Shown: positions 1 to 8,798 of the stretch, one piece after another
How the letters are laid out: the number at the start of each line of letters is the position of its first letter
Numbering within the stretch: position 1 is the stretch's first letter
DNA from: a virus
Taxonomy: Duplodnaviria > Caudoviricetes
Reading direction: 5' to 3' (one strand)
IMG/VR virus record: IMGVR_UViG_3300031519_000080
Span: 1 to 36,966 of that record
Length of the DNA: 36,966 nucleotides
Translations under genes and position numbers: made by a program
The notes under the pieces: model-generated
Database searches by the model: none
What the model saw: only the letters and a program-made list of their open reading frames with translations
Told to the model about the DNA's origin: nothing

Positions 1-871
1 CAAGGGTTTTGAAGAAGTCTACCGTTTTGTCATCTTGAATTCTAGCTGAGAGAGTCTTGAATGCAACACCAATAGACTCCGCTGCCAAACGAGTATTTGC
101 CCTAACGGCTGTTACCGCTCCTAAGAATTCGTTTAAACTACCTCCAGCAGCTGTGAATGCGGAACCACCACGACGAACAGCTTCAATAAAGTCAGTAGAT
201 TCTGCGGCGTACTGCTTAGACAACTGATTGATTGATCCAAGTACTTCTCCTGACTCAAGTGCTGATTTATTAAACTGATTTAAGATAGCAATCAAACCTT
301 CTGCTGTGTCTCCAACTGAACCAAACGTTGAAGCCAATGATGTTTGATTAATTGCTTCTAGTGCAGCAGCGAGACCAGCACCACGTATTCCAGCTTGACC
401 AAGAGTAACTGATAGTTTGGCCAACTCTAACGAACTAGTACCACTAAACTCACTGAGTTTCTGAATAGTTTTAGATAACATGCCAAGCTCTTTGTCTGTA
501 TCGCCAGTTACCTGTTTGATACGATTCATCTGCTTTTCAAATCCTACAGCATCACGAATTGCAGAAGACATTCCGTTCTTTGCGAAGTTAATAGCAGACC
601 ATGCAGCACTAAATATTAATGCTTCTTTCCCTAGTCGGGAGAATGAGGTGCCAAGAATGGATATGCCACTCGCAGCTTTTTTGGCGTTTGACCCTACAGA
701 CTGTAAGCTTTTGTTGACTTTAGCTGCACCCTGCACTGAGTTAGAATTAAACAGAGATACAGGCTTAATGCCTTTAAGCTGATTGTTGATATTATTGATG
801 ACTTTGTTAATATCGGTCGGTGCCGGTGGCTGAATAGCCAACTGTGCTGATAGTACAAATCTGCTTGACAT
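1..871 (-). CDS. Tail tape measure protein, N-terminal part (runs off the left end; not in the ORF track)
   Basis: ATG at 871, open to the window edge. Translates MSSRFVLSAQLAIQPP...AVGFEKQMNRIKQVTG...ELAKLSVTLGQAG...AESTDFIEAVRRGGSAFTAAGGSLNEFLGAVTAV...ESIGVAFKTLSARI, the TP901-type tape-measure core pattern. Lies downstream of the tail tube and chaperone genes. Confidence 0.9.
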   Translation of the reverse strand, partial: MSSRFVLSAQLAIQPPAPTDINKVINNINNQLKGIKPVSLFNSNSVQGAAKVNKSLQSVGSNAKKAASGISILGTSFSRLGKEALIFSAAWSAINFAKNGMSSAIRDAVGFEKQMNRIKQVTGDTDKELGMLSKTIQKLSEFSGTSSLELAKLSVTLGQAGIRGAGLAAALEAINQTSLASTFGSVGDTAEGLIAILNQFNKSALESGEVLGSINQLSKQYAAESTDFIEAVRRGGSAFTAAGGSLNEFLGAVTAVRANTRLAAESIGVAFKTLSARIQDDKTVDFFKTL

Positions 872-895
872 TAAATTTCCCTAACTATGTTATAT

Positions 896-929
896 CATAC
901 AAATCCACACCCCCCTCAGGGGATATGAA
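896..929 (-). terminator. Possible intrinsic terminator or attenuator hairpin upstream of the tape measure gene
   Basis: Minus strand TTCATATCCCC-TGAG-GGGGGTGTGGA gives an 11-bp stem with 3 G-U pairs, followed by only a short TTTGT tract. Confidence 0.35.
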
Positions 930-981
930 AATGTATATTAAATTATATTGTATTATGATCTAACTAACTACTATCGTAATA

Positions 982-1800
982 CTATCCGTTAGGGGTAATT
1001 TTCTTGCCTTTGCCATCAACATAGGTTACGGTAGGAATATAATTACCATCGTCGTCTAGAAGATTTCCATCTGTATCTACTACTTTGTCGTCTTCATTAA
1101 GTAACTGGCCAAAGTCATTGATCTTCCTGCCTTGTGGGTCTACCCGTTGTCCCTCAGTATCAACTAGTGATAACTTGTCATCACAGAAGCCGAACATCTT
1201 GAGAAATTTATTTTCTGGCAGTCTTGATTCAAATCCTTGATCGAGGTTGTACAGCATATTGGCTAAAGCTGTGGCTGCCGCGAAAGCAATCTCAGTATTA
1301 GTACAATTGGTGTATTCCTCTAGAGAATTATACACCCTTTGATCATTTTCATAGTAAGTACAGGCAGAGACCAAAAAGTCGAATTTTGAGTTATCAGCCA
1401 ATGATTCGGCTGTATTGTTTTCGAGGGCTATTTTTTCTGCGACTAATTCACGCATTCTTAAGCGTAAAATACGCATCTCAATGGCTATTTTCTTGCCTTC
1501 ATCTGCTTTTACCTTCGAACTTCTACCCTTTTTGATGAATAGTGATTGCTCTAGTTTTAGTAGTTTTTGGCTTATTTCGAGTTGTTCTAGCTCTTTCTTG
1601 TCGTCCCAGATTCCTTGTCTACGCATAAATTTAGCAAGTTCTTTTTTAGTCATTATTCCATCTTGGACGCATTCGGTCCATGCTTTAGCACGAACTCTAT
1701 CTGATCTAGACGCTATACCCGTAGTAGGCATTTTAACAACTAACGTTATCTGCTTGCCGTCTGACTCTATTTCTACACGTTTTTCCTTGCTGTTGTCCAT
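982..1800 (-). CDS. Putative tail assembly chaperone-like protein (paralogue of 2135..3169)
   Basis: 272-aa ORF with GGAG RBS, directly before the tape measure gene. Helical and charged, with short D-x-x-G repeats at the C-terminus. Function is inferred from position. Confidence 0.5.
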   Translation of the reverse strand: MDNSKEKRVEIESDGKQITLVVKMPTTGIASRSDRVRAKAWTECVQDGIMTKKELAKFMRRQGIWDDKKELEQLEISQKLLKLEQSLFIKKGRSSKVKADEGKKIAIEMRILRLRMRELVAEKIALENNTAESLADNSKFDFLVSACTYYENDQRVYNSLEEYTNCTNTEIAFAAATALANMLYNLDQGFESRLPENKFLKMFGFCDDKLSLVDTEGQRVDPQGRKINDFGQLLNEDDKVVDTDGNLLDDDGNYIPTVTYVDGKGKKITPNG

Positions 1801-2132
1801 TAGTTCTGCTCCTTGTTCTTTGTTATTACTGGCATTGTGATTGAATACTTAAGCCACTCTACGTCGTAGTGTGATAACTCAGCGTCAATATTTCTTGCCT
1901 GATTATTTCCTTTGTCTAAAATCTCTGATCTGATCTTGTCATAAAGTTCTTTGTAAAGCTTGTGCTGCTCTTCGTCTCCGTCCCACAAAAAGCCAAGATT
2001 TTCTTCTATGCTACTCAAAGCACCAATCATGGTGGTCTGAATTTTCTTTCTCATAATCTTAGATAGGCGGTCTTTAGACTCTAGCTTATAATTTTTATCT
2101 CTGACACGTTTATATTCTGAATTATTATCCAT
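1800..2132 (-). CDS. Hypothetical protein in the tail chaperone region
   Basis: 110-aa ORF with GGAG RBS; its TAA stop overlaps the next ATG (TAATG). Confidence 0.7.
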   Translation of the reverse strand: MDNNSEYKRVRDKNYKLESKDRLSKIMRKKIQTTMIGALSSIEENLGFLWDGDEEQHKLYKELYDKIRSEILDKGNNQARNIDAELSHYDVEWLKYSITMPVITKNKEQN

Positions 2133-2134
2133 AG

Positions 2135-3169
2135 TTATCTCCGAGTGACGGTATCCTTAAACTGGTTGTTGGACATAGTTTGCATCTTTAATCTTTCGTC
2201 AGCAAATTCGCCCTGTTGTACTGACCCTTTTTTGTTGACCATTCCAAATCTTTGGCCTTTTATGGCTTTGCCGTGTGCTGAGTTCATGCCATCAATTCTC
2301 TTTGAATGCTCTTTGTTTTGAGACATAACATAAACTTCGCCTGAATTTTTTATTTTATCGCTTTTTGTATTTTCTTCAAAATCTTTTTCTGTCTTCATCT
2401 GGGTTGATTTCTCAGATTGAATCAAGAACCATCCATCGAGCATGTCGTCATCTGCTATGACATAGTCTACTGGGCAATCAGTCGATTCTTGTATATTATC
2501 ATATGTTTGTGACCATACCACTAGTGCGTGTTGATTGTTTGTTAATTCCCTATCCGAGTGATAAAACAATGAGTTCTTTACACTATCTTTGATAGTCCAT
2601 AAATTTACCCAAGGTGCATTTCTAGCCAATTCTCTAATCTGCTTTTCTGTTAGAAGATGATCAGACCAAATCTGTGACGCCGATTGCATTACGAATCCTA
2701 AAGAGTCATCCAGCTTCTCTCCTTTATAAAACGTTGTATTCTTAAGTATCGACATCATCTCCTCTGACTTGGCCAATCCTTCTGCTGTATTCTGTTCGTA
2801 TAGGCTTTTTTGTTGGTATTGTTTATTTCTGAATGTTTCTGCTTTTCTGAGGTATTTTCTAATTTGCTCTACCATTTGGGTGTTAGCGTGATTATTAAAC
2901 ATCTCTTTCTTTAATTTATTTATATCCTCAAGTGCTGTGTCTAATTGTTTTTGTTCTTGGGATGTCCATATTTTAGATTCTACCATCCAGTTCTCTATGT
3001 CGTCCTCTGTCATAACGCCATCTGCCAAGCATTCATTATATACTTCTATGTATTTCTCAGAAGCTATAACTTTATCCTCAATAGTCGGAGGCATAATTAA
3101 TATGTCATCGACTTTGATTGTGCCAATTCTGATCCTATAAATAAAAAACTCCCGTTCGTGGTGTTTCAT
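2135..3169 (-). CDS. Putative tail assembly chaperone-like protein
   Basis: 344-aa ORF with GAGG RBS immediately after the tail tube gene; N-terminal half resembles 982..1800. Confidence 0.5.
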   Translation of the reverse strand: MKHHEREFFIYRIRIGTIKVDDILIMPPTIEDKVIASEKYIEVYNECLADGVMTEDDIENWMVESKIWTSQEQKQLDTALEDINKLKKEMFNNHANTQMVEQIRKYLRKAETFRNKQYQQKSLYEQNTAEGLAKSEEMMSILKNTTFYKGEKLDDSLGFVMQSASQIWSDHLLTEKQIRELARNAPWVNLWTIKDSVKNSLFYHSDRELTNNQHALVVWSQTYDNIQESTDCPVDYVIADDDMLDGWFLIQSEKSTQMKTEKDFEENTKSDKIKNSGEVYVMSQNKEHSKRIDGMNSAHGKAIKGQRFGMVNKKGSVQQGEFADERLKMQTMSNNQFKDTVTRR

Positions 3170-3257
3170 TTTAGTAAAACCTCACTATGGGAGTCTCTTA
3201 TGTTTCATGTTGTTTCCTTTTTACTGTCCTAGTAAAGCTATAGCTTGAAAGTCAATC

Positions 3258-4340
3258 CTAGAGTCCCGCTGGGTCTTCTGGATGAGTGACTGACAAGTCA
3301 TTGAAGGTAGTGTAACTATAGGTGATCGTAGCGTTTCCACCACCTGCGTCACCGCCTCCGTAGCTTACCGAGGAGAGCCTATTCTTACTTCCAAGGTTAA
3401 AAACCGAACCATCCCTAAGTGCAATACGTATTGTCTCTTCTGCTGTGTTATTGCCAGCGTTAGATGTGCCATCATAGTCTGGGTTTCCATCTTCGTAAGC
3501 AGAGACAAAATCTCCAGAAATGGCAATGACTTCAAACTCTGAACTGACTTCCGTTGGAAAGTTTGGCGATCTGTAATAAGGTGATCGTCGGCCCAGTTCG
3601 TTAATATCTTCTCTTCCAAGGTCAGTACTGATACTCAAGCTCTGTACGTGAACCTTTGGTGAGCTACTAGCCGAATCATAAGCATTTCCAACAGCATTGC
3701 TCTGAGATACACCATAGATAGACTTAGGAAGAATAGAGCTTTCAATCATAACGTCTTCACGTCGCTGAATTCCGCCATCTCCTGATGCCAATGGAACATC
3801 TATACCAGCACCAGTCCCATCGGTGGGAACTTCATCAGCGGTCTCTGAGGTCATAAGTTTTTGTGCTCCAGATAGCCATTCTTTATTATTACCAACAAGC
3901 GTGACTGACTCTGTGCAGTTACCATCAGTTGGGAACTGATAAGAGATACTAGAAAGATACATGCCAGACATATATACTTCTACTGGAGCAGCTTCGTTGA
4001 TGGAGTCTTTCTCTTCTGGAAATACACCAAGAGAAACACAGCAACGTTCTGTTGATCGACCTACTAGAGAATTAACCGTAGCTTCAGGAGAAGCCAGATG
4101 ATAGATAAGTGGGTATCCATCAAGAACTTTTTCAAGTGTTACTTCGACATCGGGCGTACCCTCAATATTCTCATAGATTTGAATCTGACCAAGCTCAAAA
4201 GCCTGCTCAAGATTGAAGTTCGTCGTAATCCCTACGGACTGGACGCCGTGAACGAAACTGGTAGTTTCGTCAGTGTGATCGGTGAAACATGGTGCGATTG
4301 CTACCGCATGACATGCGTAAAAAATTCGATTATTTGCCAT
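3258..4340 (-). CDS. Major tail (tube) protein
   Basis: 360 aa, beta-rich and acidic (VHGVQSVGITTNFNLEQAFELGQIQIYENIEGTPDVEVTLEK; HVQSLSISTDLGREDINELG). Lies between the terminator-like gene and the chaperone/tape-measure genes, with an AGGAG RBS and its own promoter-like motif. Confidence 0.75.
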   Translation of the reverse strand: MANNRIFYACHAVAIAPCFTDHTDETTSFVHGVQSVGITTNFNLEQAFELGQIQIYENIEGTPDVEVTLEKVLDGYPLIYHLASPEATVNSLVGRSTERCCVSLGVFPEEKDSINEAAPVEVYMSGMYLSSISYQFPTDGNCTESVTLVGNNKEWLSGAQKLMTSETADEVPTDGTGAGIDVPLASGDGGIQRREDVMIESSILPKSIYGVSQSNAVGNAYDSASSSPKVHVQSLSISTDLGREDINELGRRSPYYRSPNFPTEVSSEFEVIAISGDFVSAYEDGNPDYDGTSNAGNNTAEETIRIALRDGSVFNLGSKNRLSSVSYGGGDAGGGNATITYSYTTFNDLSVTHPEDPAGL

Positions 4341-4380
4341 TATTAAGCTCTCCTAGAAAATGGTGTGGAAACGCTATAGT

Positions 4381-4389
4381 ATTATACAC
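4381..4389 (-). promoter_or_regulatory. Putative late promoter motif GTGTATAAT
   Basis: Exact GTGTATAAT about 40 nt upstream of the tail tube start; the same motif recurs in other intergenic gaps. Confidence 0.6.
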
Positions 4390-4394
4390 GTAAA

Positions 4395-5372
4395 TCAAAT
4401 ATGATCGTTGATTACTTCAGTCGTAATACGTACAATACCTGCATTAAAGTTTGTATTTATCATTTTAACCTCAGAAACACGAGAATTAGTGAATCTGAGC
4501 CTTTTGTCCGCATAAGTCTCTATTATCTCTGGATATCGCTTTGCCCCGGAAACAGGAATGCCTTCCCAATCCAAGGGGAAATCGCCAGAAGCTGCCATTG
4601 TGTTGCTATTGAACATAAATATTGTCTTATCGTTCTGATTTGCCACGATATCTACCATTTGGTTGACATCTATGCTGCTCTCTGCTATACAGTGGAATAA
4701 TACGTCATTATAGACAAATTGGCCTCCGCCAAGCTGATATCCACGGTATGTCCTTCTTGGGACTATTTCTACCGCTATTGCGGGTAGTTGCATTCTCATC
4801 TCTGATGGTATCTCATAATCCCCTTTTCCATCTTCCTTAAATGAGGCTGGGATATTGCCCGTGTTGTATTGTACTTCTCGCACCCACGGTACGGCATCTG
4901 CGTATACTACGTTAATTCTTTTGTATGAATATTCTGCTTGAACTAAGCTATCTTCTGGAATAGGGCTTTCAAAGATTACCCTGCCGTTGAAGTGGTCAAC
5001 TTTATGGGCATACTGTCCGGTGGCGTCAGATGGGTGAAAGTCACCATTCACAAAGACTCCGAATATACCCGGCTTATCTGAGTCACTTCCTACTATTGGT
5101 GCTGGATCATAACTAATACCGCTCTGCCACACCCAGTTACCCCTGAATCCTTCCCAAGCTTGACCGCTGACATAATTAGGATTGTCGGAGATAATACGTA
5201 ATTTACTATAATCATTTCCATTATAGTCTGTATCACCAAGTGTAACGTTATAATAATTACCAATATTTAATAATGCCCAGTCAAAAAATTCAACTACATT
5301 ATCTTGCAATTCATTATTGAGCTGAGTATCATCAATATTTGTTACGCCTTTTAGGCTTGTGTGGTCAGACAT
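4395..5372 (-). CDS. Putative tail terminator / tail-completion protein with N-terminal extension
   Basis: 325 aa directly upstream of the tail tube. C-terminal half has the terminator-like pattern MQLPAIAVE...GYQLGGG...DVLFHCIAE...QMVDIV. Confidence 0.55.
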   Translation of the reverse strand: MSDHTSLKGVTNIDDTQLNNELQDNVVEFFDWALLNIGNYYNVTLGDTDYNGNDYSKLRIISDNPNYVSGQAWEGFRGNWVWQSGISYDPAPIVGSDSDKPGIFGVFVNGDFHPSDATGQYAHKVDHFNGRVIFESPIPEDSLVQAEYSYKRINVVYADAVPWVREVQYNTGNIPASFKEDGKGDYEIPSEMRMQLPAIAVEIVPRRTYRGYQLGGGQFVYNDVLFHCIAESSIDVNQMVDIVANQNDKTIFMFNSNTMAASGDFPLDWEGIPVSGAKRYPEIIETYADKRLRFTNSRVSEVKMINTNFNAGIVRITTEVINDHI

Positions 5373-5388
5373 AGTTCACCTTATATTA

Positions 5389-6030
5389 TTATGTGAGTGT
5401 GTTTTTTAAAATAGTAGTTATTTCACGTTCAATGGCTGGATCATCTAAAGCTCTTGTTACAAAGTTATCATTTAAGGTTCCAGCAAACTCTGGGGGGACT
5501 CTCCATGAGGCACCGTTTTTCTTCGCCATTACACCAATTCCAGACCTTCCGCTAGGGTCACGTTGATATTCAAAACCTCTGACTATTGGAGTATCGCCGA
5601 GCGTCAATAACCAATCTAGCCAATTCATTTCATACATGCCATCTTCTCTGTGTTGTACTACATTAACGCCAGCACGTAAGGACAGTAAGTTGGCAAAATT
5701 ATCAGGTTGAACTAATATTTCTAATCTCCCCGCTGTCTTTCTCTTCATTGGCGTCCATGTTGCGTATACAGCATTAGACACGGCTTGCGTGATGGCAAAT
5801 ACTGCATAGTCATTCTCTCCCGGCCTGAGACCAAGATGTCCTTGCAGCGGACCACCAAGCAATGATCGCACCTCAAAACAATTCATTATTGCTTCAGCAA
5901 CAATGGGTCTAATTGAGGCTGTTATCTTTTGGTCTATGCCAGCCATGTATGTGTTCACCTCTTTTGTGAGTGCATTAATCATCGCGTTTACGTTTGAGGT
6001 GTTATTATCTATTTTTAGTGTGAATTGCAT
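5389..6030 (-). CDS. Putative neck / tail-completion protein
   Basis: Start most likely ATG 6030 (MQFTLKID, TAATG overlap with the upstream stop). Lies between head-closure and terminator genes; C-terminal NFVTRAL resembles the neck-protein PF...A motif. Confidence 0.5.
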   Translation of the reverse strand: MQFTLKIDNNTSNVNAMINALTKEVNTYMAGIDQKITASIRPIVAEAIMNCFEVRSLLGGPLQGHLGLRPGENDYAVFAITQAVSNAVYATWTPMKRKTAGRLEILVQPDNFANLLSLRAGVNVVQHREDGMYEMNWLDWLLTLGDTPIVRGFEYQRDPSGRSGIGVMAKKNGASWRVPPEFAGTLNDNFVTRALDDPAIEREITTILKNTLT

Positions 6031-6512
6031 TATGAAAGTTTCCAGTAACATACTATGTATCTATTATTCTTGAACCCCCAAGGTATTGGATCGCCAACTC
6101 TTACATATCTTTGTTCTTGATAGTTCTTAACGCCCTTGTGGGATATCATACCCTTTGATCTCTTGATCGCTGGCAAGTCAGCAATATGACATATAGTTTG
6201 TAAATCACCATCGGGCACCACAATGTTTGAATCTTTAAATTTAACCCAATCTTTTCTATCGTAATAACATCTCATTTTAACTTCGTGAAGTACTTCTGTT
6301 TCAATTACTGTTATCTCTCCCCTGTCCCAGCCCTGCTTTCTTTTGCGGTGTGCGTTAATAGAATTATTACTTGGCACATGATTTGTATCTGGGTTTGTAA
6401 TAATCTTTTCAATTTTTTCTATAGATATGAGTTGACAGATAACGCCAAAAACATCATCTATCATATAATCTGCGACTTCATTATATATGTCAAATACTTC
6501 ATCTGGTATCAT
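6030..6512 (-). CDS. Putative head-closure (stopper) protein
   Basis: 160 aa, beta-rich, ending GDPIPWGFKNNRYIVCYWK; first gene of the neck-terminator-tube block. Confidence 0.5.
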   Translation of the reverse strand: MIPDEVFDIYNEVADYMIDDVFGVICQLISIEKIEKIITNPDTNHVPSNNSINAHRKRKQGWDRGEITVIETEVLHEVKMRCYYDRKDWVKFKDSNIVVPDGDLQTICHIADLPAIKRSKGMISHKGVKNYQEQRYVRVGDPIPWGFKNNRYIVCYWKLS

Positions 6513-6514
6513 GT

Positions 6515-8197
6515 TTATCCATCCTCGCTTAGTTGTATGTTTACTGTGTTAGATATTAATCCTACGGGGTTGTTGGAAGCGTCAATTGGTTGTATAGTTA
6601 ATGTTCCTATAAAACCATATCCAGCGACTGTTCGTATGAAGTAGGAATCTCTGCCTCCATATCCAGATGTTGGTGGAATAATACCGTTACGGTAAAATAC
6701 TGTGAAGTTATCTGGTGCCCCTCCGTTTGTGTTGGGCGATCCATCATCAGTGCGGTAGTTAGAGTTAGGGTCATTGTCTTGAGGGTTCTGTATGTACAAC
6801 TCTGCTCCTCTAAATATATTGCCATCCATGTCTCCATCAAGCATTATCTTATGTCCAACGGCTCCTGCTGGTAGATTATCCATGCTAATATCTGCTGTGA
6901 GATCGTACCTTCCTGTGCCATCAGATTCTACAATAATATTGGATGATGCTCCGGGGAAGATATTAGTATCGTATTCAGTGTTTCCCAAATTAGTAATTGT
7001 GAGTCCGTTGTTAGATTCATCTACTATTACAGTGTCTCCATCAGTCTTGCCATTGCCAGTAATTAATAACGAGACATCGCTAAACAATGGATCGTTACCA
7101 TCTAAGTAATCATTTATATCGAAGGAAGGCGTGAAGTTAGCTGAGTATCTCACTGCTTTAGTTATTCTTAATAATGCCTGTGACTGTATGCCGGTAGCAC
7201 TACTGGCTGTTTGACCACCTATGAATAAATCTTGGGTATTGTCGTCTAAGTCATCTAGAGTATCTTGACCTACCAATATACCATTTTGATAAAGCCTTAA
7301 TTCTTGTGTTGCAGTGTCATCAATGACCGCTGCGTAGTGAGTCCATACTCCGGGCGAAGGTCTTAACGCCACTGGAACTGAAACGAAAGCACTAGTGTTA
7401 AAGTCATCTCCAACATATATTCTCATGTTATAAGTACTAGTATTAGTGTCGTTGTAGCACGAGAATCTGTATCCCCCTCGGCTAGAACTGCTTTTATACT
7501 TTTCAAATAGGTATATATTAGCTGCTGGTGAACTGGGCGATATATACACCCAGCCTTCTAGAGTCATACTACCATTTGCCTGAATTGCTGCATTATTGGC
7601 GACCGAAAGCGGACCATTTGTATTGTCGTACAATAGGGATGCTGGGTTGCTAGATGGTGGCTGAGTTGTTGGAGATGGTGCCCCACAATAAGGAACAAAG
7701 TCAGCGACGATCTGTGGACCGTCTCCATTAGTATTCGTGGCTGTGACAGTAACGTTGACATTTTTAGTACAATCTAAATTAGTAAGATCATATGATGTGT
7801 TTGTAGTATTTTTAAGACTTGTGATACCACCATCTGGAGTAGACGATATAGCATAATTAGTGATAACAGTCTCAGAAAATTCAGGTGCATTCCACGTCAA
7901 TAACAGATCGCCGGAATTAGCAGGTTCACCACTAGCTAGAGCAAGGGGTGCAGATGGGTACTGAGAAGCGTAGTGATACACAACTGGGGTGTAAGCACCT
8001 GTACCTTCAGAGTTAATGCCAGCTATACGCAATTGATATATTTCATTGTCTATCAAGTCGTCAATCTGGTAAGATGTCGATGCACTACCCGTAGTGACAC
8101 TGGTTAAAGCCTGACCGCTTACGCCATACTCTAGGGCGTAGTCATTGGGCGAACCTATCGTGGGCTGAGTCCAAGTTATATTGATAGTTTTAGGCAT
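6515..8197 (-). CDS. Virion protein with two fibronectin type III domains and a LamG/concanavalin A-like lectin domain
   Basis: FN3 patterns (ITWTQP...DYALEY...YQLRIAGINSEGTG; LLTWNAP...VTATNTNGDG) and LamG pattern (MTLEGWVY...WTHYAAV...LYQNG...LRITKAVRYSANFTP). Confidence 0.8.
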   Translation of the reverse strand: MPKTINITWTQPTIGSPNDYALEYGVSGQALTSVTTGSASTSYQIDDLIDNEIYQLRIAGINSEGTGAYTPVVYHYASQYPSAPLALASGEPANSGDLLLTWNAPEFSETVITNYAISSTPDGGITSLKNTTNTSYDLTNLDCTKNVNVTVTATNTNGDGPQIVADFVPYCGAPSPTTQPPSSNPASLLYDNTNGPLSVANNAAIQANGSMTLEGWVYISPSSPAANIYLFEKYKSSSSRGGYRFSCYNDTNTSTYNMRIYVGDDFNTSAFVSVPVALRPSPGVWTHYAAVIDDTATQELRLYQNGILVGQDTLDDLDDNTQDLFIGGQTASSATGIQSQALLRITKAVRYSANFTPSFDINDYLDGNDPLFSDVSLLITGNGKTDGDTVIVDESNNGLTITNLGNTEYDTNIFPGASSNIIVESDGTGRYDLTADISMDNLPAGAVGHKIMLDGDMDGNIFRGAELYIQNPQDNDPNSNYRTDDGSPNTNGGAPDNFTVFYRNGIIPPTSGYGGRDSYFIRTVAGYGFIGTLTIQPIDASNNPVGLISNTVNIQLSEDG

Positions 8198-8798
8198 TAA
8201 CAGACTCCCACAGTTCTATGTCTGACTTGTAATATTTCTTTATCTTATCTATTTGATCATTTGTTAAGTCTGGCTTAGGACCGGATGCCTCATTAACATG
8301 CACAAGTGGAGTTGGAAGACCTAGCCACTCTGCACATTCATCTATTTGATCTGGCATACTAAAGTACGTAATATCAACGTCATCTTCTTTAAGGAATCTT
8401 GATTGTCGTAATAAGTGTACATTGCTGGCAAACCCCCGTTGTCCGCCTAACATTCTTCCGTGACGATTTTGAACGGATTCACCAGTCTCTTCTAGCATGA
8501 TTCTAATAACATCATCAACTTGTTCGCTCAAGCCCAGAAAGCCAATAGCAGACCTGAATCTTGACACTGGTTCTCGTACCAATAGTGCAGTTGGTCTATC
8601 CGAATTAAAACGAGATGGAACATGCTGATGTAGCTGTCTAGTCTCTACGCTAACTCCTTCTGGAAATATAACTTTTGTCTGTAAAAATTCTTCTATTTCT
8701 GGGTGATATGTTTTAATGATTGCTCTACAAAAACTACTTGTACAACACTTTGCGTTAAAAGCTAATAACTTATCTCCGGCTATAAAATATTTCATCAT
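8190..8798 (-). CDS. Sulfotransferase (Sulfotransfer_2 / CHST-HNK-1ST-like carbohydrate sulfotransferase family)
   Basis: 5'-PSB-like FNAKCCTSSF, 3'-PB-like LLVREPVSRFRSA, HLLRQ, HVN, and C-terminal IKKYYKSDIELW; size and motif order fit the family. Confidence 0.8.
   Translation of the reverse strand: MMKYFIAGDKLLAFNAKCCTSSFCRAIIKTYHPEIEEFLQTKVIFPEGVSVETRQLHQHVPSRFNSDRPTALLVREPVSRFRSAIGFLGLSEQVDDVIRIMLEETGESVQNRHGRMLGGQRGFASNVHLLRQSRFLKEDDVDITYFSMPDQIDECAEWLGLPTPLVHVNEASGPKPDLTNDQIDKIKKYYKSDIELWESVNA

Noticed and set aside
2222-2240. AAAAAAG slippery-like run near the end of 2135..3169
   Set aside because: It is phased AAA-AAA-G rather than A-AAA-AAG, so it does not fit a canonical -1 frameshift.
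3235-3246. 12-bp palindrome AAGCTATAGCTT after the tail tube gene
   Set aside because: Single AT-rich occurrence with no loop or U-tract; it could be chance.
3258-5372. Contractile tail sheath gene
   Set aside because: No sheath-sized ORF with sheath motifs lies next to the tube gene.
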